DNA of 18,089 nt from Candidatus Eiseniibacteriota bacterium (GTDB lineage: Bacteria; Eisenbacteria; RBG-16-71-46; SZUA-252). How positions within the stretch are numbered: position 1 is the first letter of the stretch; each line of letters opens with the position of its first letter. Of this stretch, positions 7,895-17,976 are shown one piece after another. Under the pieces are notes generated by a model. It saw nothing but the letters and a program-made list of their open reading frames with translations. It made no database searches and was not told the DNA's origin. Location of the stretch: contig JANMQV010000023.1 of the NCBI GenBank assembly GCA_031370645.1, positions 1 to 18,089 of the forward strand, read 5' to 3'. A program made the translations under genes and the position numbers.

Positions 7895-8426
7895 GGACCA
7901 CCCTCAATTCCGACGCATTCGTCCCCTTGAGGAACTGAAGCGTCCGTTCCTCGTTCCAGTCGCGGCCCGACTCCGGGATGAAGATCGCGAACCGGTCGTT
8001 GGTGAGGCTCCGATCGAGGACGGGCGTGCTGAAGTCGGGGAGCCCGCAGGCGACGAGCAGCGCCGCCAACGTCATCGTCCCGCCGATCAGGACGCCGCAT
8101 TCGAACGTGATCGGGATGAAGGCCGGGAGTGAGATGAACGGCTTCCCTCCCACGTTGATGGGCCAGTCGTAGGCCGAGGTCCAGATTTGGAAGTAGAGTC
8201 CGAGTCCAGCCCCGGAGAGCCCCATGATCAGTGTCACGAAGGGGATCCAGGACTTCTTGATGCCGAGCGCCTCGCTCAGCCCGTGGACCGCGTAAGGCGT
8301 ATAGGCATCGGCGCCGGTGAAGCCGTGCGCCCTCACCTGGGCGGCCGCCGTGAGGAGCGTATCGGGATCGTCGTAGAGCGCCAGGACGCCGCGCAACGGC
8401 GGCTTCTTGGCGAACGGATTAAACAT
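7887..8426 (-). CDS. actD: Alternative complex III subunit ActD (DUF3341)
   Basis: [11 protein letters not shown], two TMs, [26 protein letters not shown]. Confidence 0.94.
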   Translation of the reverse strand: MFNPFAKKPPLRGVLALYDDPDTLLTAAAQVRAHGFTGADAYTPYAVHGLSEALGIKKSWIPFVTLIMGLSGAGLGLYFQIWTSAYDWPINVGGKPFISLPAFIPITFECGVLIGGTMTLAALLVACGLPDFSTPVLDRSLTNDRFAIFIPESGRDWNEERTLQFLKGTNASELRVVRA

Positions 8427-9819
8427 GCTCGGCCTCCGGCAGGCGCTTCGGGTCGGCCTTGGCGTTCAGCTTCGCCGTCCAGAGCACCGACTTCACCTCG
8501 GCGATGGAAATCGTCGGGAAGAAGCGACAAAAGAGGAGGAACCACATGAAGAAGAACCCGAACGATCCGACCAGGACGCTCCAATCGTAGATCGTCGGCC
8601 GGTAGTAACCCCAGATCGACGGCAGGAAGTCGCGATGGAGCGAGGTCACGATGATGGTGAAGCGCTCGAACCACATTCCGACGTTCACCAGAAGCGAGAC
8701 GACGAACATGAGCGCGATGTTCCGCCGGAGTTTCTTGAACCAGAAGAGCTGCGGGACGATCACGTTGCAGGTGACCATCGTCCAGTAGGCCCACGCGTAG
8801 GGACCGCCCGCGCGATTGAAGAACGTAAACCGCTCGAACTGGCTTCCGCTGTAGATCGCGATGAAGAACTCGGTCGCGTAGGCGTAGCCGACCATCATCC
8901 CCGTCACGAGGATGATCTTGTTCATGTTCTCGAGGTGGTGGAGCGTGACGTACTCCTCCATCTTGAATACCTTGCGAAGGATGACGAGGAGCGTCACCAC
9001 CATCGCGAAGCCCGAGAAGATGGCGCCCGCGACGAAGTAGGGCGGGAAGATGGTCGTGTGCCAGCCCGGCAGGAGCGACGTGGCGAAGTCGAAGGAAACG
9101 ATGCTATGGACCGAGAGCACGAGCGGTGTCGAGAGCCCCGCCAGCATCATGTAGGCGCGCTCGTAGTGCTGCCAGTGCCGCTCGCTTCCCCGCCACCCGA
9201 GCGAGAGGAGACCGTAGATGCCCCGCTTCCATCCGATGGAGCGGTCGCGCAGCGTCGCGAAGTCGGGCACGAGACCGACGTACCAGAAGCAGAGCGAGAT
9301 GGTCAGGTACGTGCTGACGGCGAAAACGTCCCAGACGAGCGGGGACCGGAAGTTCACCCAGAGGTAGCGCCAGTTCGGATACGGGACGAGCCAGTAGGCG
9401 AACCACGTCCGCCCGAGATGGAGGAGCGGGAAAAGGCCCGCGGTCATGACGGCGAAGATCGTCATCGCCTCGGCCGACCGATTGATCCCCGTACGCCACC
9501 GTTGGCGGAAGAGGTGCAGAATCGCCGAGATGAGCGTCCCCGCGTGCCCGATACCGATCCAGAAGACGAAATTCGTGATGTCGAACGCCCATCCGACGGG
9601 ATGATTGAGTCCCCAGACGCCGATGCCGAGGCGCAGCTGGAGAAAGACCTCGACGGCGAACTGCCCCACCAGAAGGAGCGTGATGCCGAACGCCACCTTC
9701 CAGAGAAGCCCTGGCTTTTTCTCGATCGGAGAGGCGACATCGGCGCTGACGTCGCCGAAGGACTTCCGCGAATCGATGAGGGCCGGCTCGCCGAGAGCCA
9801 CGGCCATCGGCTCGTTCAA
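8419..9819 (-). CDS. actC: Alternative complex III subunit ActC (NrfD/PsrC-type quinol-oxidising membrane subunit)
   Basis: [85 protein letters not shown] start overlaps the actB stop and is preceded by GAGGAGG. Confidence 0.96.
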   Translation of the reverse strand: MNEPMAVALGEPALIDSRKSFGDVSADVASPIEKKPGLLWKVAFGITLLLVGQFAVEVFLQLRLGIGVWGLNHPVGWAFDITNFVFWIGIGHAGTLISAILHLFRQRWRTGINRSAEAMTIFAVMTAGLFPLLHLGRTWFAYWLVPYPNWRYLWVNFRSPLVWDVFAVSTYLTISLCFWYVGLVPDFATLRDRSIGWKRGIYGLLSLGWRGSERHWQHYERAYMMLAGLSTPLVLSVHSIVSFDFATSLLPGWHTTIFPPYFVAGAIFSGFAMVVTLLVILRKVFKMEEYVTLHHLENMNKIILVTGMMVGYAYATEFFIAIYSGSQFERFTFFNRAGGPYAWAYWTMVTCNVIVPQLFWFKKLRRNIALMFVVSLLVNVGMWFERFTIIVTSLHRDFLPSIWGYYRPTIYDWSVLVGSFGFFFMWFLLFCRFFPTISIAEVKSVLWTAKLNAKADPKRLPEAEHV

Positions 9820-12800
9820 GCGTTCGCCTCCTCGCGGTTACGCACTTTGGTCTGATAGGTAATCGACGGGAGCGTGTTCAACTCCTCGAGCACGTGGTAG
9901 CCGCGATCGTTCTTCGCGAGCTTCGCCACGCGGCTCAGCGGATCGTTCAAGTCGCCGAAGACGATCGCGTCCGTCGGGCACGTCTGCATGCACGCCGTTT
10001 GGATGTCGCCGTCCACCACGGCCACGCCGAGCGCTTTCGCCTTCTCCTTGCCGTCGCGGATTCGCTGCACGCACATGGTGCACTTCTCCATGATGCCGCG
10101 GGTCCGCACCGTGACGTCGGGATTGAGGACGAGGCGGAGACTCTTCTCCGGAACGCGGCTGTATTCCCACCAGTTGAAGCGACGCACCTTGTAGGGGCAG
10201 TTGTTCGAGCAATAGCGCGTGCCGACGCAGCGGTTGTAGGTCTGAACGTTCAGACCTTCCGACGAATGCGTCGTCGCGAGCACCGGGCAGACCGTTTCGC
10301 ACGGCGCATTCTCGCAGTGCTGGCAGAGCATCGCCTGGTGCACCGTGTCGGGGTTCTCGGGGTCGCCGGAGTAGTAGCGATCGATCCGGATCCAATCCAT
10401 CTCGCGCCCTTGCAGGATGATCTTCTTTCCGACGGCCGGGATGTTGTTCTCGGAGCGGCAGGCGACCATGCAGGCGCTGCAGCCGATGCAGGAAGTGAGA
10501 TCGATCGCCATGCCCCACTTGTGACCGGCGTACTTGTGCCGCGTCCACATGCTCGGGAGCGTTCCATGCGATTCGTTCCCCGCGCGCGGGTCCCGCTGGA
10601 ATTCGGCGAAGGTCGTCTCGTAGATGATCGGGCGATTCTCCGCCGACTGATGTCCCTGCGTCATGGCGACCGAGGCGCGGCGTCCGGTGTTCGAGACCTT
10701 CACGGAAATCCCCGCCGTGCCGATGCGGCCGCCCGTCGCCTGCGCGAGCATGAAGGCGTTCTGGCCGACGCGGTTTCCGACGCGCCCCGCGGCGCTCCGT
10801 CCGTAGCCGATCGCGATGGCCACCACGTCGGGGTGGAGCCCCGGCTGCACGTGGACGGGGATCTCGACCTTCGCGTGGCCGGCGTCGACGAGGATCACCT
10901 CGGAGGAAAGCTCGCTCTCGGTCGGACCCGTCAGGCCGAGTTGCTTGGCCCGGGAGGGCGAGATGAGCGCCACGTTGTCCCACGTGATCTTGGTGACCGG
11001 GTCGGGTACTTCCTGAAGCCATGCGTTGTTCGCGCTCCGGCCGTCATACATCGAGGTGGGCGTGTAGAGTACGAGCGTGAGTGACCCGTCCGCGCGCGTC
11101 CCCGGCTCCGGAAGCCCCGCCGTCGACCCGGAGCGGAACGGTCGCGCCGACGGGGCGGGCGTTCCGACGGCGACCACGCCGGTGCGGAGCGAGCCCTCCC
11201 AGAAGATCTCGAACGGCGCCGCGGCGTCGGCGGCCGCATAGACCTCCGTCCGCCAGCGCTCCTTCAGCCAGTCGTGCCACGAAGCGGTGGAAGCGCCGAG
11301 CGGCCCCTTCCCGAGGTAGCGCGCCCACGCCAGGAGCGACTCCTGGAACTGGCGCACGTCGACGAGCGGGGAGATGGCGGGCTGCGTGAGGCTCCGCACC
11401 CCGCGGCGCGGCTCGTGATCATTCCACGATTCGAGGAAGTTCGCGTCCGGAGCGACGACATCGGCCAACGACGCGGTCTCGTCGAGACGTTCCGCGAAGG
11501 AGACCACGAAGGGCACGCGCTTCAACGCCTCGGCGAAGCCGACCGCCGTGGGAAGCGTGTAGGCGGGATTCGCCCCCTGCACGAGAAGAACGCCGACGTC
11601 GCCCGAGCGCATCCGCTCGACGAGCCGCGTCATCGCCTCCTCCGAACCCTGCGATTGCCGCGACGCGGTGGCCGCGGTGACGGTGACGCCTTCGTTGCCG
11701 AGCGCGCTATTTAGAATGTTGACCGCTACCTGAAGAGCCACGGCGTGCGCGGCGGGTGCGGCTTGCGGTCCGGCGACGACGAGGCTCCGTCCGCGCGCGG
11801 CCCAAAGTTCGTTCGCGAGCGCCGTCAAGGTGCCCTGCGGGAGTCCGGCCGTCGTCTCGACACCGTCGGCGGGGAACGCGCGAAGCGCCTGCACCACGCC
11901 GGCGTCGCCGGCCATGCCGCCACGCGGCTCCCGAACCAGGAGTTCGTGGGCGAGCGCCATGGCGACCGGGTAGAGGTCCTCGGGGCGAACGCGAATCCGT
12001 TGATCGGCGTTCGTGCCTGTCAGACTCATCGACGGCTCCAGAATGACCAGCCGGTTCATGACGCCCGATTCGGGGCGGCGGCGGCGCGAGTAGCCGCGCG
12101 CGAACTCCACCGGCGAGAGCCACGTGGCGAGGAAGTCGGCGCCGAGCGAAATGATGAGATCGGCCTTGTCGAAGTTGTATCCCGGCACGAGTCGTTCGCC
12201 GTACGAGAGCTCTTGCGCCCGCGCGAGCGCGTCGTTCGAAACCGCGTCGTAAACGACGTGCTCGGCCGCGGGGAACGTTGATAGGAAATCGTGCGTGAGA
12301 GCGAGCGTGGAGGGGCTCGTGATCGTGCCCGAGAGAAGGACGACCGCCTTCCCCTGCTCCGTCGCCTGCTGGAAGGCGCGAATCGCCTTCTTGTCGATTT
12401 CACCCCACGTGCCGGCGCTCGCCGCGCGCGTGGCGCGATCAACGACGACCGGAGACTTCAACCGATCGGGATCGTAGAGATTGAGAACCGCCCCCTGCCC
12501 GCGCGCGCAGAGTCTCCCCTGTGTGAGAGGGTGGTCGGGGTTTCCTTCCAGTTTGATCGGCCGTCCCTCGCGCGTCTTCACGAGCGCGCCGCACGCCGCG
12601 GGGCATTCGCCGCACGTGGTCGCGTAATAGACGGCGTTTCCGGGCGTGACATCTTCCGGCGCCTTCAAGTAGGGAAGAATCTTTTCGACCGGCTTCCGCG
12701 CGCAACCCGCCGCGGCGAAGGCCGCGCCCGCGCCGAGGAATTTCAGGAAGTCGCGGCGCGACGGAACCTCGGTCGGATCCTCGCTCGGAGTGCGGAATTC

Positions 12801-12971
12801 GCGCGATTGGAGGTCTCGAACGGCGGGATCTCCCGCCAGGTCGGCAAGGCTTGTCCAATACTTCGGCGGCGCGGCCGGTTCGAGTCGAATCACGGCCGGC
12901 TCCGACGGCTTGCCGTTCGCGTGGCCGTTCCCGCTCCCATTCCCATTTCCGGTTCCGCTCACATGTGACAT
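9816..12971 (-). CDS. actB: Alternative complex III subunit ActB (molybdopterin-oxidoreductase-like B1 domain fused to Fe-S B2 domain; Tat lipoprotein)
   Basis: Start at ATG 12971 or GTG 12962, both at the actA stop, rather than 13115. KYWTSL, Tat motif SRRDFLK, lipobox [19 protein letters not shown]-terminal Fe-S motifs [35 protein letters not shown] and CTMC...CMQTC. Confidence 0.95.
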   Translation of the reverse strand: MSHVSGTGNGNGSGNGHANGKPSEPAVIRLEPAAPPKYWTSLADLAGDPAVRDLQSREFRTPSEDPTEVPSRRDFLKFLGAGAAFAAAGCARKPVEKILPYLKAPEDVTPGNAVYYATTCGECPAACGALVKTREGRPIKLEGNPDHPLTQGRLCARGQGAVLNLYDPDRLKSPVVVDRATRAASAGTWGEIDKKAIRAFQQATEQGKAVVLLSGTITSPSTLALTHDFLSTFPAAEHVVYDAVSNDALARAQELSYGERLVPGYNFDKADLIISLGADFLATWLSPVEFARGYSRRRRPESGVMNRLVILEPSMSLTGTNADQRIRVRPEDLYPVAMALAHELLVREPRGGMAGDAGVVQALRAFPADGVETTAGLPQGTLTALANELWAARGRSLVVAGPQAAPAAHAVALQVAVNILNSALGNEGVTVTAATASRQSQGSEEAMTRLVERMRSGDVGVLLVQGANPAYTLPTAVGFAEALKRVPFVVSFAERLDETASLADVVAPDANFLESWNDHEPRRGVRSLTQPAISPLVDVRQFQESLLAWARYLGKGPLGASTASWHDWLKERWRTEVYAAADAAAPFEIFWEGSLRTGVVAVGTPAPSARPFRSGSTAGLPEPGTRADGSLTLVLYTPTSMYDGRSANNAWLQEVPDPVTKITWDNVALISPSRAKQLGLTGPTESELSSEVILVDAGHAKVEIPVHVQPGLHPDVVAIAIGYGRSAAGRVGNRVGQNAFMLAQATGGRIGTAGISVKVSNTGRRASVAMTQGHQSAENRPIIYETTFAEFQRDPRAGNESHGTLPSMWTRHKYAGHKWGMAIDLTSCIGCSACMVACRSENNIPAVGKKIILQGREMDWIRIDRYYSGDPENPDTVHQAMLCQHCENAPCETVCPVLATTHSSEGLNVQTYNRCVGTRYCSNNCPYKVRRFNWWEYSRVPEKSLRLVLNPDVTVRTRGIMEKCTMCVQRIRDGKEKAKALGVAVVDGDIQTACMQTCPTDAIVFGDLNDPLSRVAKLAKNDRGYHVLEELNTLPSITYQTKVRNREEANA

Positions 12972-13474
12972 GCGTTGCACTCCTGCGTCGCCTTGTTCTG
13001 CCGGTGGCAGCCGATGCACCACCCCATCTTGAGAGGTTGCACCTGCTTTACGACATCCATCGTTTCGACGGCGCCGTGGCACTGTTGGCAAGCGATTCCC
13101 TTCGCGACGTGCCATTTGTGCGGGAAATAGACGTAATCGGGGAGCCGGTGGACCCGGATCCAGGGCACGACTTGATTCGACTGGTAGAGGCTCGTCAGTT
13201 TCTGGATGTTCGGCTTGTCGGTCGCGACGACCGTGTGGCAGTTCATGCAGACATTCCCCGCGGGGATCGTGGCGTGCCGCGACCGCTCCGCGCTGGAATG
13301 ACAGTAGAGGCAGGGGATCTTGTTCGTGCCGGCGTGAATCTTGTGGCTGAACGGGATCGGTTGCGTGGGAGCGTATCCGATATTGCTGAAGCTATCGAGG
13401 AACGCCCACGCGCCGGCGCCCAGCACGGCGACGACCAGGAGTGGAAGGAGGCGGCTTCCGGTCAAAGAGCTCAC
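12959..13474 (-). CDS. actA: Alternative complex III subunit ActA (pentaheme cytochrome c, short form)
   Basis: One TM, GYAPTQPIPFSHKIHAG, five CxxCH motifs (CLYCH, CMNCH, CQQCH, CIGCH, CNACH), WIRVHRLPDYVYFPH and LKMGWC. GTG 13474 downstream of AAGGAGGT is preferred over TTG 13531, but the start is uncertain. Confidence 0.94.
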   Translation of the reverse strand: MSSLTGSRLLPLLVVAVLGAGAWAFLDSFSNIGYAPTQPIPFSHKIHAGTNKIPCLYCHSSAERSRHATIPAGNVCMNCHTVVATDKPNIQKLTSLYQSNQVVPWIRVHRLPDYVYFPHKWHVAKGIACQQCHGAVETMDVVKQVQPLKMGWCIGCHRQNKATQECNACHM

Positions 13475-13537
13475 CGCGGTTCTCTTTACCTCCTTGGTAC
13501 CAGAGGGTTGCGAAAAGGTCGGGTGCCGCAAAAAACT

Positions 13538-13555
13538 TTGTGAACTATGTCACAT
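13538..13555. promoter_or_regulatory. Palindromic operator, Rex-like / CRP-family-like
   Basis: TTGTGAACTATGTCACAT contains an exact TGTGA-N6-TCACA (13539-13554) and matches the Rex consensus TTGTGAA-N4-TTCACAA at 12 of 14 specified positions. It is an AT-rich patch in GC-rich DNA upstream of actA. Confidence 0.7.
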
Positions 13556-13573
13556 GCCCCGAACGGTCGTCAA
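13544..13573 (-). promoter_or_regulatory. Putative sigma70 promoter of the act/cox operon
   Basis: Minus strand reads TTGACG (13573-13568), an 18-nt spacer ending in TGTGA (extended -10), then CATAGT (13549-13544). Confidence 0.55.
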
Positions 13574-13819
13574 GCGACTTGCGTCGCGAACACGACCCTT
13601 CGCGGTCCCCGAAGGCATCCGTTCCCCGTTATCGAAATGGATCGAGATCGTGCCCCGCGCCGAGCGCGATGCCGTGCCCGCCAGGCGCGAGGACGGAGGG
13701 GGCTGGCGGTCACGCGCGCAATCTAGCGCAGGCCGGGTCCGGGGCCAACCCCGAATTGCATCCCCCGGCGCGCGGACCCCAAGGAAGGCATCTCGCGGAA
13801 TTGCTGGCGCTTCCATGGA

Positions 13820-13848
13820 TTGCCCCCTCCGCCCGTCCTCTCTATACT
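13820..13848 (+). promoter_or_regulatory. Putative sigma70 promoter of the men operon
   Basis: TTGCCC (13820-13825), 17-nt spacer, TATACT (13843-13848). Confidence 0.65.
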
Positions 13849-13858
13849 CGGCGGCGCC

Positions 13859-15271
13859 GTGGCCAACCGAAATTCGTCCCCCACATCGTTGCGTCTCGAC
13901 CTTCGCCACCGAACCGGCGCGACGGGCGGCGTCTCCGCGCCCCCCGAGCTCGAGCCCGCGTGGGGAGGGGATATTCCCGCTCTCTCCGGGCGAATCGAGC
14001 CATGGCGCGACGTGGAGCCGACGCTACTTCGCGCCGCGCGCGCCGGCCGGCCGGGTCTGCCCCACTTCTACTGGGAGAGCCCCGACGGCGAAGTGGTCCT
14101 CGGGTGGGGGGCCGTCGCCTGGTTCCGGTCGCAGGGGCCCCCTCGCTTCGAGGACGCGCGCGCTTGGATCACGCGGCTCGCAGCCGCCGCGACGCTCACC
14201 GGCGCTCCTCGCGGTCCGCGCCCCGAGAGCTACCTCGTCGCTCTGGGCGGATTCGCGTTCGCTCCCGACGGCGCTTGGGGCGAAGGGTTCGAGCCCGCGT
14301 CCTTTGTCGTGCCGCGCGTGCTCATTCATCGCCGCCCCGACGTCGGGACAATTCGCATCGTCTGGGGCCGCGACGACGATCCGGTCGAGGGCGATCCTCC
14401 CACGGCGGCGCCGCGATTCGGTTTCACTCCTGAAGTTCCGTGCGGCGCGCTCGACGAGGGACTCGCGACTCAAGAGAAGTGGGAGGGCGCCGTGGAGGCA
14501 GCGCTCCGCGGTATCGACGCGGGCGCGATGGAGAAAGTCGTGCTCGCGCGTCGGGTCGTGGCGGCGCTTCCGCCTGGATTCGATCCGCTCGATCTCTTGG
14601 ATCGTCTTCGCGATCGCCACCCGGGGTGCTATCGCTTCCTGTTCGACTTCGGGCTCGGCGGCGTCTTCACCGGCGCGAGTCCCGAGCGACTCATCACGCT
14701 TCGCGGCGTCCGCGTCGCCTCCGACGCCATCGCGGGAACCGCGACGCGGCCTTCCGATCCAACCGAGGAAGCCGAAGCGATCGAGCGGCTCCGCGGAAGT
14801 GCGAAGGATCGAAGCGAGCATGAAATCGTGGTTCGCCACGTCCGCGAGGCGCTGGCACCCTTCGCCACGGAACTCTCCGTCGATCCGGAGCCCGAAGTGC
14901 AGCGCCTTCGCCGCCTCCTTCACCTTCGGACTCGCCTCGCGGGAAAAACCGCGAAGGGGACCCATGTTCTGAGCCTGGCGGATCGCCTCCACCCGACGCC
15001 CGCCGTGGCGGGAAGCCCGCGCGACGCGGCGCTCTCCTGGATCAACGAGCGCGAGCCGGGCGGCCGCGGCTGGTACGCCGGCCCGATTGGATGGATGACC
15101 GCGGGGGGCGACGGCGACTTCGCGGTCGGCCTCCGCGGCGCCTTCCTCTCGGGCCGCCGCGCGCTCCTTGCCGCCGGGGCCGGGATCGTGCCGGGCTCCG
15201 ATCCATCGCTCGAATGGAAAGAGACCGAAGGCAAACTCTCGGTGATGCGCGATGCCCTCGAGAACGCCTGA
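13859..15271 (+). CDS. menF: Isochorismate synthase (menaquinone-specific)
   Basis: EKVVLAR, FTGASPERL, AIAGT, KDRSEHEIVV, LHPTPAVAG, RGWYAGPIGW, GAGIVPGS..EWKETEGK. Directly upstream of menD. The start is uncertain: GTG 13859 is the first in-frame start after the promoter, and the track's TTG 13820 is the -35 box. Confidence 0.9.
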   Translation: MANRNSSPTSLRLDLRHRTGATGGVSAPPELEPAWGGDIPALSGRIEPWRDVEPTLLRAARAGRPGLPHFYWESPDGEVVLGWGAVAWFRSQGPPRFEDARAWITRLAAAATLTGAPRGPRPESYLVALGGFAFAPDGAWGEGFEPASFVVPRVLIHRRPDVGTIRIVWGRDDDPVEGDPPTAAPRFGFTPEVPCGALDEGLATQEKWEGAVEAALRGIDAGAMEKVVLARRVVAALPPGFDPLDLLDRLRDRHPGCYRFLFDFGLGGVFTGASPERLITLRGVRVASDAIAGTATRPSDPTEEAEAIERLRGSAKDRSEHEIVVRHVREALAPFATELSVDPEPEVQRLRRLLHLRTRLAGKTAKGTHVLSLADRLHPTPAVAGSPRDAALSWINEREPGGRGWYAGPIGWMTAGGDGDFAVGLRGAFLSGRRALLAAGAGIVPGSDPSLEWKETEGKLSVMRDALENA

Positions 15272-17072
15272 CGTCGCGAACCGCCGGTCGCTCGGCGCGC
15301 CGCTGGCCGATGCTGAAGCACGCGTCGGCGCGCTGAACGTTAAGTGGTCGCTCGCGTTCGTCCGCGCCATCGCCGAGGCGGGAGTACGGGAGGCGATCGT
15401 TTCGCCCGGATCGCGGAGCGCGCCGCTCGCGCTCGCCCTCGATCGCTCGGGGCTCCGCGTCCAGATCGCGATCGACGAGCGCGCCGGCGCCTACTTCGCG
15501 CTCGGCCTCGCGAAAGCCTCGCGTCGCCCGGTGGCCGTGCTCACAACGTCGGGAACAGCCGCGGCAAATCTCCACCCCGCGGCACTCGAGGCGCGCCACT
15601 CTCGCGTGCCGCTGCTCCTTCTCACCGCCGACCGGCCGCCCGAACTCCGCGACACCGGCGCGCCTCAGACGATCGATCAGATCCGGCTCTTCGGAGGGGG
15701 CGTCCTTTTCTTCGCGGAAGCGGGAGCGCCGACGGCGGGAGAGGAAGGGCTTCGTACGGTCGCTTCCCTCGCGGCCCACGCCGTGGCCACCGCCTGGGGA
15801 CCTCCGGCCGGCCCGGTGCACGTGAACCTCGCCTTTCGGGAACCGCTCCTCCCGGATCCCGCGACGATCGAAGTTCTCGCGCCGCGCGGCTGGCGGATGG
15901 AAGTGGCCGCTGTTGATCGTCCCGAAGGTGTCGCACCGGCGACTGGCGCGGTGGCTCGCGCCGCACGCGCGCTTCGTGGCCGACGCCGCGGTCTTCTCGT
16001 TTGCGGTCCCGACGACGGAGGGCCGGCGTTCGCGGAGGCGATCACCCGTCTCGCGGCGATCACGGGTTACCCCATCCTCGCCGACCCGCTTTCCGGCGTC
16101 CGCTTCGGCGAGCACGACCGTTCGCGCGTTCACGGCGCCTACGATCTCTTCCTTCGAGCCTCCACGTTCGTGGAGGGCGACGCGCCGGAAGCGATCGTGC
16201 AGTTCGGAGCGCCGATTACTTCGAAGGCGTATCACCTGTACGCGGAGCGCTATCCGGATGCCGTGCGCCTGGCCGTCGATGAGGCGGGTGCCTGGCGCGA
16301 TCCCTCTCGCCGTCTGAGGGGAGTTCTCACCGGCGATTCGGCGCTCGCGGCGCACGCGTTGGCCGATGCGCTGATGAAGGGGGCGGAGCCGCTTGCCGCT
16401 TGGGGCGAGCGTTTCGCGAAGGCGGAGCGCGCGGCGTCATTGGCGGTGGAGTCCCATCTCGCTTCGCAGCCGACGTTGGGAGAGGAGGGCGTGTTCCCTG
16501 CCCTTCTCGGCGCCCTCCCGGACGGTGGAACGCTCTACGTCGGGAATTCGATGGCCGTGAGAGATCTCGATCTCTCCGCGCCCGGAAGCGGGAGGCGCCT
16601 TCGCGTGCTCGGCAACCGAGGCGTCAATGGCATCGACGGCGTGGTCTCGAGCGGGCTCGGCGCGAGCGCGGGGAGCGACGCGCCTCTCGCGCTCGTGGTC
16701 GGCGATCTTTCCTTCCATCACGATCTGAACGGGCTCTCGGCGCTCCGGGAGGGGCAGGCGCGCGCGACGATCGTCGTGGTGAACAACGACGGAGGCGGAA
16801 TCTTCTCCTTCCTTCCGGTCGCGCGCCACGGAGACTCCTTCGAGCGCTACTTCGGCACGCCGCATGGACTCGACGTGGCGAAGGCGGCGGCGCTCTACGG
16901 CGTTCCCTACGCCCGCTGCACGAGTGCGGAGGAGCTGCGCGCGCGCGCCGCCGCGTCGCTCGGCACGCGGAGCACGGTGATTTTGGAGGTCCGAACCGAA
17001 CGCGCCGCGAACCGGGACGCCCATCAGGCGCTCGCGGAAGCGGCGCGCCGAGCGGTGGAGGGAGCGGCGTGA
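15252..17072 (+). CDS. menD: SEPHCHC synthase (ThDP-dependent)
   Basis: SPGSRSAPLA, DERAGAYFALG, TSGTAAAN, LTADRPPEL, GPVHVNLAFREPL, GNSMAVRD, NRGVNGIDG, GDLSFHHDLNG, NNDGGGIF. Confidence 0.96.
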   Translation: MPSRTPDVANRRSLGAPLADAEARVGALNVKWSLAFVRAIAEAGVREAIVSPGSRSAPLALALDRSGLRVQIAIDERAGAYFALGLAKASRRPVAVLTTSGTAAANLHPAALEARHSRVPLLLLTADRPPELRDTGAPQTIDQIRLFGGGVLFFAEAGAPTAGEEGLRTVASLAAHAVATAWGPPAGPVHVNLAFREPLLPDPATIEVLAPRGWRMEVAAVDRPEGVAPATGAVARAARALRGRRRGLLVCGPDDGGPAFAEAITRLAAITGYPILADPLSGVRFGEHDRSRVHGAYDLFLRASTFVEGDAPEAIVQFGAPITSKAYHLYAERYPDAVRLAVDEAGAWRDPSRRLRGVLTGDSALAAHALADALMKGAEPLAAWGERFAKAERAASLAVESHLASQPTLGEEGVFPALLGALPDGGTLYVGNSMAVRDLDLSAPGSGRRLRVLGNRGVNGIDGVVSSGLGASAGSDAPLALVVGDLSFHHDLNGLSALREGQARATIVVVNNDGGGIFSFLPVARHGDSFERYFGTPHGLDVAKAAALYGVPYARCTSAEELRARAAASLGTRSTVILEVRTERAANRDAHQALAEAARRAVEGAA

Positions 17073-17965
17073 CCGGGACCTCGATGACGCTTGGGACGCG
17101 AACGCTACGCGGACTTCCCTACGGCGTGCGCATCGTGGGCGACGTCGGCGCGCCGGTCGTGCTTCTGCTCCACGGATTCGCCGGCTCCGGCGACGATTGG
17201 AGCGCGACGGCCTCGGCACTCGCCGCGGCCGGATATCGCGCGGTGGCCGTCGATCTTCCCGGTCACGGCGCGACGGCCACGGGTACGGCCGCCCGCGCGG
17301 CGGACGCCCCCGTCCGATTCTCGCTCGAAGAAACGTCGCTCGATCTCGTGGCACTCCTCGACGCGCTCGCAGTACCGCGCGCCCATTGGGTCGGCTACTC
17401 GATGGGAGGACGAATCGCTCTCGGAGCCGCCCTGGCGCATCCCGGCCGGGTCGACACGCTCACGCTCGAAAGCGCCGCGCCGGGAATCGCCCATTCGGAC
17501 GAGCGCGCGGCGCGGGTCCGCGCCGACGAAGCGCTCGCCGCTTCCATCGAGTCGCGAGGGGTGGCGTGGTTCGCGGAATCGTGGAGTGATCTGCCGGTCT
17601 TCGCGAGCCAGCACTCCCTCCCGGAAGAAGTGCGCGCCGATCTGTTCCGGCGCCGGCAACGGAACGATGCGACCGGCCTCGCCGCCTCGCTCCGCGCCGT
17701 CGGCCAAGGGGCTCAGCCCTATTGGGGCGCTCGGCTCTCCGCGTTTCCGCGACCCGCGCTTCTCGTCACCGGCTCGCTCGATTCCAAGTACGTCTCGCTC
17801 GCCGCGGAAATGGCGCAGCGCTTCCCCGCGGCGCTCCACGTCGTGATTCCCGGCGCCGGGCACAACGTCCATCTGGAACAACCGGAGTGGTTCGAGCGAT
17901 CGCTCCTCACGCATCTTCGCCGCCAGGGCGGACGCGTGCCGCTCGAATCTCCCGCGACCTCGTGA
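17069..17965 (+). CDS. menH: SHCHC synthase (alpha/beta hydrolase)
   Basis: GTG start overlapping the menD stop (GTGA) after GGAGGGAG. LHGFAG, DLPGHG, GYSMGGR (Ser), GSLDSKY (Asp), GHNVH (His), R..RADEALA. Lies between menD and menB. Confidence 0.92.
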   Translation: MTGTSMTLGTRTLRGLPYGVRIVGDVGAPVVLLLHGFAGSGDDWSATASALAAAGYRAVAVDLPGHGATATGTAARAADAPVRFSLEETSLDLVALLDALAVPRAHWVGYSMGGRIALGAALAHPGRVDTLTLESAAPGIAHSDERAARVRADEALAASIESRGVAWFAESWSDLPVFASQHSLPEEVRADLFRRRQRNDATGLAASLRAVGQGAQPYWGARLSAFPRPALLVTGSLDSKYVSLAAEMAQRFPAALHVVIPGAGHNVHLEQPEWFERSLLTHLRRQGGRVPLESPATS

Positions 17966-17976
17966 AGGAGACCACC

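Noticed and set aside
434..12968. Many long plus-strand ORFs antisense to the act/cox genes (e.g. 8407..9855, 9894..11084, 2845..3855)
   Set aside because: Shadow ORFs expected from high GC and strong codon bias; Arg/Glu/His-rich with no motifs, and fully overlapping well-supported genes.
9816..12971. Calling ActB a catalytic molybdoenzyme (polysulfide/DMSO/nitrate reductase)
   Set aside because: Fused B1-B2 architecture and actA-C-D-E-F synteny identify ACIII; no evidence of Mo cofactor binding from sequence reading alone.
13574..13819. Possible ncRNA or riboswitch between the two promoters (short hairpin CCTTCG..CGAAGG; repeated GAAGGCATC and GAATTGC)
   Set aside because: Lies upstream of both predicted transcription starts, matches no RNA family I recognise, and such short repeats can arise by chance. 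An Rfam/cmsearch scan would settle it.
13341..14972. Long ORFs 13341..14972, 13441..14433 and 13550..13909 spanning the divergent region
   Set aside because: They overlap actA, both promoters or menF; Arg/Pro/Ser-rich and without recognisable motifs.
16400..17068. N-terminal extension of MenH in the ORF track (521 aa)
   Set aside because: Overlaps menD out of frame; the coupled GTG at 17069 with an RBS gives a normal-length MenH.
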